This document shows, piece by piece, positions 14,702-20,000 of a DNA stretch of 20,000 bases. The stretch lies in the NCBI GenBank assembly GCA_001687465.1, contig LVLI01000110.1, positions 52,230-72,229 on the forward strand. The letters run 5' to 3'. The DNA comes from Halocafeteria seosinensis. Taxonomy: Eukaryota. Below the pieces are notes generated by a model, which was not told the DNA's origin, did no database searches, and worked only from the letters and a program-made list of their open reading frames with translations. A program made the translations under genes and the position numbers. Within the stretch, counting starts at the first letter, position 1, and each line of letters starts with the position of its first letter.

Positions 14702-16597
14702 ATGGAATCGACCACCGTGTTTACATGTACAGCTGCTTCATTATCAGCCATTGCGCGTCTTCGCGGTCAGAAGCGAGACGCTGATGCGCAGATAGAGACG
14801 CTACTGGACCCTGCGCGCTGGTCCAAAAGCAAACAGGAGTTTCATGTTGGACTCCTCCTGGGCTTGGACATTGGAGGGTCCCTATCGAAACTTGTCTTCC
14901 TGGAACCGGACCCCGATGTGTTGGAGACTTTACCCCAGGAATACCAGGAGACTGTCGTTCAAATTACGCGCTTTATAAGGAAGGATGATCGGTACGGAAC
15001 CACTGGAGTACGCGACACGGATCTATCGTTGTATCTGGACCAATTAGGAGGGACATTGCACTTTATAAGGTACGTACGCGCGCCAGCACAACACGTGGAA
15101 CTCGCTCGGGTTGGACTGCAATATGTGGCATAATCACGCGCAGGTTCGCTACCACACGGGTATGCAGTGCATTGAAACTGATCAATAAAATGGGCTTCCA
15201 TCAAGGATTACAGCGATTGTACGTCAGGATGGAGTGCTACCGATGGCTGGCTTTGTTGAGGAACTCTACGTCAATGATGCAGGTATGCAACAGGAGGCGG
15301 CTCACACAAGTTCGCGGAAGATATAAGCAGCCAGTTGGACTGCTGTGTCGAACACGAAGATGAGATGTCGAGCTTGGTGAATGGACTGGTATACTTGCTT
15401 CAGAACGTACCTGACGAAGCCTACACGTACCAGGGACATGACTTCGTCACCAGACCCTCTACAGGAACCGAATATCCTTATTTGGTCGTGAATGTGGGTT
15501 CAGGAGTTAGTATACTGTTAGTAGAGTCGCCAACGAAATGGAGCAGAGTCAGCGGGTCTTCTATTGGAGGAGGAACGTTTTATGGACTTTGCCATATGCT
15601 CACGGGGGAAGTATCATTCGATCGGATGTTGGAGCTTGCCGAAGAAGGCGACACGACCCAGGTAGGTCGTGTTTGTTTTTAGGCTGCGAATGCTTGTAAA
15701 GACCTCCTTGTTGTCTTTCTCTGGTGACCCCAGGTCGATTTGACCGTAGGAGATATTTATGGCGGGGAGTATGATAAAGTTGGGCTATCAAAGTCAACCA
15801 TTGCTTCCTCTTTCGGTCGAGCAATTCATTCCGTTCGTTATGACAGCCCTCCTTTTACCCAAGGACGTGGTCCTGTCGTTTGGGATCCGGAACGAGTTGA
15901 ACATCAGGTCGAGGAAGCTCGACAAAATAAAGTATCTCGGAGAAGCCTTGTCCGCGGCAGTTCCACCTTCTCATCTTCGGATTGGGAAAAATATTTGCGA
16001 GATGTGCAGTGGAACAGATGGCTTGATAAAGGGGAACATTTAGGGAAGGCTACTAACACAAGAGGAGCGGACGTTCCTGACGTGAGCAGCAAAAACTTAT
16101 ACCGGTCCAGATCCTGTAGTGCAGATAGGGCATCTATTTCTTCCCAAAAAAGCGAGCCCGAGATTTCTTCACCAGAACTATTCCATCGCGAAAAACCGGG
16201 GACTTCTTTGCCACAGAAAGACAGCGAGTATGTGGACCAGCTCACAGCGTTTAAGCCAAGTTCCAACCACATTTGTAAAGGACTACTGATAATGATATCA
16301 AACAATTTAGGACAGGTAGCTTATCTCAACGCTCAACGATACAGTTGTAAGCGAATATTCTTTGCGGGGAGTTTCTTACGGCATTATAACACAATGGCCA
16401 TGAAAACTCTCTCATACGCCATTCAATTTTGGTCTCGCGGAGAAATGGAAGCACTATTTCTGAGGTAAGATATGAATAGTATGATGCAACAGCAAGCTCG
16501 TCTCACTAATTAGTGTACCCTTTGCAGGCATGAGGGTTACTTCGGCTCTGTTGGAGCATTCTTAGCAACCCCATTGTGGTATACCGACGATGAGTGA
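14702..16597 (+). CDS. PANK: Type II (eukaryotic, fumble-family) pantothenate kinase, 5 exons
   Basis: Motifs GLDIGGSLSKLVF, LHFIRF, YATGGGSHKF, EDEMSSLVNGL, YPYLVVNVGSGVSIL, RVSGSSIGGGTFYGLC, VDLTVGDIYGG, IASSFGR, SNNLGQVAYLNA, FFAGSFLR, ALFLRHEGYFGSVGAFL. Introns 15070-15143, 15219-15282, 15662-15733, 16465-16527. Confidence 0.96.
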
Positions 16598-16660
16598 ACT
16601 TCAGTGAGGCGAGACCTAGGTCAGGAGAAACTGTCCTATCGTTCCTGAAAGCCATTTTCT

Positions 16661-18527
16661 TCAGTCACTCCAATCTGACGCACTGTCACTACTCTCATCT
16701 TCATCGGGCTCTAAATGTTGCCTCCGGGCATTCATAGTGGCCCGCAGCTGCAAGTAAACCGACGCCCAATGTACGCAATAGCACACAACTTATGCACGAT
16801 TCCTCTCTTACCTTTTCCATTACTGTTAGTGCCTGTCCCTCGTTGGAAAAATTAACGACCGAAACTCTGCCTTTACGCTTCTTGGTGCTATCTGCTGAGG
16901 AAGCCGTCTTTGTTTCTTCTTCCCCAGAGGATGGCGCCGACTGTGAGTCCTTCTGCGTGGAAGCTGCTACGTTCTGTTTCTTGTTCACTCGCTTTAGCGC
17001 GAAACCACCACTATTTCCCCCTTTTTTAATTTCCTTCAGAAAGTCAGGACCAGTAGGTTGTTCGGCTTCTTTTATCTCTTGTTGTGGTTGTGACGATTGC
17101 TCATCTGGTTTCTTACGGCGCGAGCCAGTTAGTATTGCGGCCTGAAGGGCCCCTTTTAAGCCGTTTTGTCTCCTCTTATTTTTTCCTGTCTTGGAAGCAG
17201 ATGATTCTTCCGAGCCTTCAGAGGGATATGATTTTAATCCGCGAGTGGCTGAAGCTCTACGCATGAGTCGTTGAGAGACCGGTTGAGCTTGGGAGTCATC
17301 GCTAGCGTCGTTGGTATTCCCGTTATCCCCTTCGAACATTCCTTTTTGTTGGCTAAACAAGATGCTACTGCGTCCTTGTCGTTTCCTCTGAGATGCACTA
17401 CGATGAGACTGTGGAGATGTGCTAGTGTGTGGCGGACCCGAAGTGTGCACAGCACTTTGTGTACCGGTGCCACCTGCACTGGGAGAAACACTCTCCTTGC
17501 GTTGCGCAGGAGGATGCGGGGAAAACTTGGAAGTTTGCGACTCATAATTTTGAGAGCTACTACTAGCAGCATTAGTACTGCTTGTTGAAACCTCCAGTGG
17601 AGCTGACTCTGATGCGCTAGAAGGAGGTTCCTTGTACGAACCATCGATTGTTGCAGTGCTAGATTCTTCTCCCGCTGGAGCATTTGGTGTGGAATCTCGA
17701 ACATCGAAATCCATAATAACATTTGCCTCTCGTAAAGCAGATATTATCATCTTCGCAGATTGAGGCTTCCTTAAGTCCCGTTTTCGGATCCCGACTTGTT
17801 TAAAGAACTGTTTCAGCGGGGTTGGTATCGAAGATATGTTAAGAGTGCCGTCATCTGTAAGGGCGATATGAAAGTCGGTGGACAAAATAGACATCTCCTT
17901 AAGAGCATCCTGAAGTCGTCTCTGTTCGGGAAACAACGGCGAAGTCCCTCCTAAAGTATTTGGGGGAACACCAAAAAACTTCTCTAATCTTTTCAAACGC
18001 TTATCTTGGAGGTGGTCAGCACCATCCTCACGTCCATGAGTACTGCCCTGTTCCGCTGGTTGATGCTGATTCAATGCTATCAACTGTAATGCATCCGCTG
18101 CTCGTGGCGCTTCTTCTTCGACGGTACTCAGCATGTCAGCAGCGTCGCCTTCATCCGCGAACAAGAATGCAACGTAAAAGTCGTCTGTTTCGAATCCCAG
18201 TAGCTCATCACTCAGTTGATCCAATTGCAAATCTTCATACACTTCGTATTCGAACCTCAATTCATAATGCTCTAAATCAAACAGCCGAAAGAGGTGCTGG
18301 TCACAGGATTGGTCATATGTGAACAATACCGCCCCCCAAATGCCCGTATCGAGCCATCCATTGGCACCCTCGTTTGCATTGGCGTCATCACTGGCTCTCT
18401 TAGGAGAGATATCGGAACCATGCTGAGGCTGGTAGAGCAATAGTTTCGTCACACCAGCTGCCAGAATCTCCTGTGTGGATGATTGAGCCTGCCGTAAACG
18501 CTCGGCCTGCTCCTCGCTCAACGACAT
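16661..18527 (-). CDS. WASP-family actin nucleation-promoting factor (WH1 - GBD-like - low complexity - WH2 - C - A), ~600 aa, 2 exons (18527-16812, 16747-16661)
   Basis: WH1/EVH1 (WLDTGIWGAVLF..HLFRLFDL..RFEYEVYEDL..GFETDDFYVAFLFADEGDA). GBD helical segment NISSIPTPLKQFFKQVGIRKRDLRKPQSAKMII. WH2 DFLKEIKKGG..FALKRV. A 64-nt GTAAGA..TTGCAG intron (16811-16748) yields the terminal TVMEKLRATMNARRQHLEPDEDESSDSASDWSD*, a canonical central helix plus acidic Trp tail. Confidence 0.9.
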
Positions 18528-18899
18528 TGCTGCCCCTATCGATTGCCCCAATTCCGCGAGCAACCCTCTTGAATCGCAGGTACCAACCTGCCAAGTACAA
18601 TTTGGTGTCCTTAGGACAAAGAGAAAGCGAGATAATCGGTTCTGACTAGTTTCTACCCCGGGTGTGAGAGGCAAGTCTTGTCTTCAATCGATGCTTAAGG
18701 ACCAACGCCGGTGTATACTTCCCGTCTTGGGTTCATCCGGTGGAGATGAGAGTACGATACGACCATCCTATTCCAAATATTTCACTATTGAAGCAGCAAT
18801 GCTGCACTATCACATACACCATATTTCCAGCAAGTGTCGAAGCGTGTACGGGAGGACCGATCGTCCGTCACGGGCGCGGGGGGAGACCGCTGTCCTAAA

Positions 18900-18980
18900 C
18901 TGTCAGGTACGGCCTTAAGCTGTACCGTACCCAACCACCACGCCCGGCTTCCGTACCGTACCTGGGTACAAGCAGGTACA
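18900..18980. repeat. Cluster of GTAC-core short repeats; probable subterminal transposase-binding repeats of the hAT element
   Basis: GTAC at 18907, 18922, 18927, 18953, 18958, 18966 and 18976 (GTACCGTACC twice, GGTAC three times), ~85-160 bp beyond the transposase stop codon. Confidence 0.6.
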
Positions 18981-19063
18981 GTTTGCAACGGCTACAAACT
19001 TGATGTATGTTAGAAGGGCCTGTTATGCGCTAATAATGGAAATGATTTGTGTCTTACCCTGTA

Positions 19064-20000
19064 TTATTTGTTTTCTAGTTTGCTGAGGAGGTCTTCAGCG
19101 CTCCACTCCTTCGATGACTCGGCTTCTGCGCTCTGAGCTACGGGAGTGGAGGCTGATGCTGCATCCCCTCCACTACCGCGATTTCTCCCTGAAATCATTG
19201 GATGACTTAGATCGAAGTGCTTGGCTGGGATGAATTCTGACGATTCAGTATCCTGCGCATCTATAGTCTCTAAGACATTATTGACGCTCACACCAACATC
19301 CCACTCGCTGAAGTCCTCAGGGTCCATTTCATGCAGCATTCTTTCAAAGTCATGGTCGGCGAAAGCCTCAAGTACAGTTTCGTCGGGATCACTATCCCCT
19401 CCGTTGTCAGATTCTCCAGTCGAGTTCTCTTCTGTCTGCTCTGTTTTGATCTCTTTCTTCGCTTTGGAGAGACTGACCGTCTTGTCCGATCGGAGGTATG
19501 TTTTATCTGTCCAAGCTGCTTCAGCGTTCCGGCGGACATGCGGCCTCTCCGCTTCGTATTTATAGAAGTTAGGCTAGCAAACAGTCTCTCTGCTTCCACA
19601 GCGGTGGGAGTTATCGCTAACAGCCTCAAGGAGAATGATCTCAGCAATTCATTTTCAGGTAGAGGCCTCATTTGCTTCCACCATAGGTATGTGTCATCCG
19701 GAGGAGCAGACGAGCTAAAGTTGGAGAGCTCTTTTTCGTACTATTGCAATTGCTCAACCACCTTCGTGGCGCGATCTTCTGTGTACCTCCACTTCTTTAT
19801 AGTAGGAATCAATGTAGACAGAATACCATTGCTGTTTTTAACGGAACTGCTGTGGAACAGATCCTTGCCGGAGGGATGCAAATACAATGCGAGCACGTGA
19901 TAGCCCGTAACGTATTGGTTGTACCGTAAATTTACAACCTTTTTGACATGGGATAAAAAGTCCTGATCCAGGGCTTTCTGCTTCATTTGTAACCGGTAAA
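19064..20000 (-). pseudogene. hAT-superfamily transposase, C-terminal part, inactivated; runs off the window edge
   Basis: HVLALYLHP, YLWWKQM and the dimerisation-region motif LRLLAITPTAVEAERLFASLTSINTKRRGRM. In-frame TAG at 19743-19741 (LQ*YEKEL). Apparent 1-nt loss in an A-run near 19501-19504; restoring it reads IKTYLRSDK.. into the acidic tail ending at TAA 19066-19064. Confidence 0.9.

Larger units (their letters stand above)
18900..20000 (-). mobile_element. 3' end of a hAT DNA transposon (boundary approximate)
   Basis: hAT transposase remnant plus adjacent short-repeat cluster. TIR and 8-bp TSD cannot be fixed because the other end is outside the window. Confidence 0.75.

Noticed and set aside
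18528..18674. 49-aa N-terminal extension of the WASP ORF
   Set aside because: It begins at a non-ATG codon. The first ATG (18527) directly precedes the WH1 domain, as expected for WASP.
19741..19743. In-frame TAG in the transposase as evidence of stop-codon reassignment or readthrough
   Set aside because: GPI and the coiled-coil gene terminate at TAG, no conserved gene has an internal TAG, and a second lesion (frameshift) supports pseudogenisation.
19221..19900. Plus-strand ORFs of 114 and 189 aa, and similar antisense ORFs over the RCC1, WASP, NO66 and MRG genes
   Set aside because: Shadow frames antisense to well-supported coding sequence, with no recognisable motifs.

Overview
Gene-dense eukaryotic (protist, probably stramenopile-like; inferred, not verified) genomic DNA with many short GT-AG introns (~62-114 nt), so the ORF track fragments most genes. 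Manual splicing gives eight intact genes: an Mpv17/PMP22 membrane protein (-), an MRG15/Eaf3 chromodomain protein (-), a cryptic six-exon ~205-aa coiled-coil protein (-), cytosolic glucose-6-phosphate isomerase (+), a ~1560-aa RCC1-repeat + IPT/TIG-like protein (-), a NO66/RIOX1-type JmjC oxygenase (+), a type II pantothenate kinase with a large insertion (+), and a divergent WASP-family Arp2/3 activator (-). The WASP's diagnostic C/A tail lies in a hidden last exon. The window ends in a pseudogenised hAT transposase with GTAC-rich putative subterminal repeats just upstream of the WASP gene. The first ~1 kb could not be assigned. Best leads: the non-canonical WASP (degenerate CRIB, no polyproline tract), the RCC1-IPT architecture with an apparently split blade, and the unrecognised coiled-coil gene.
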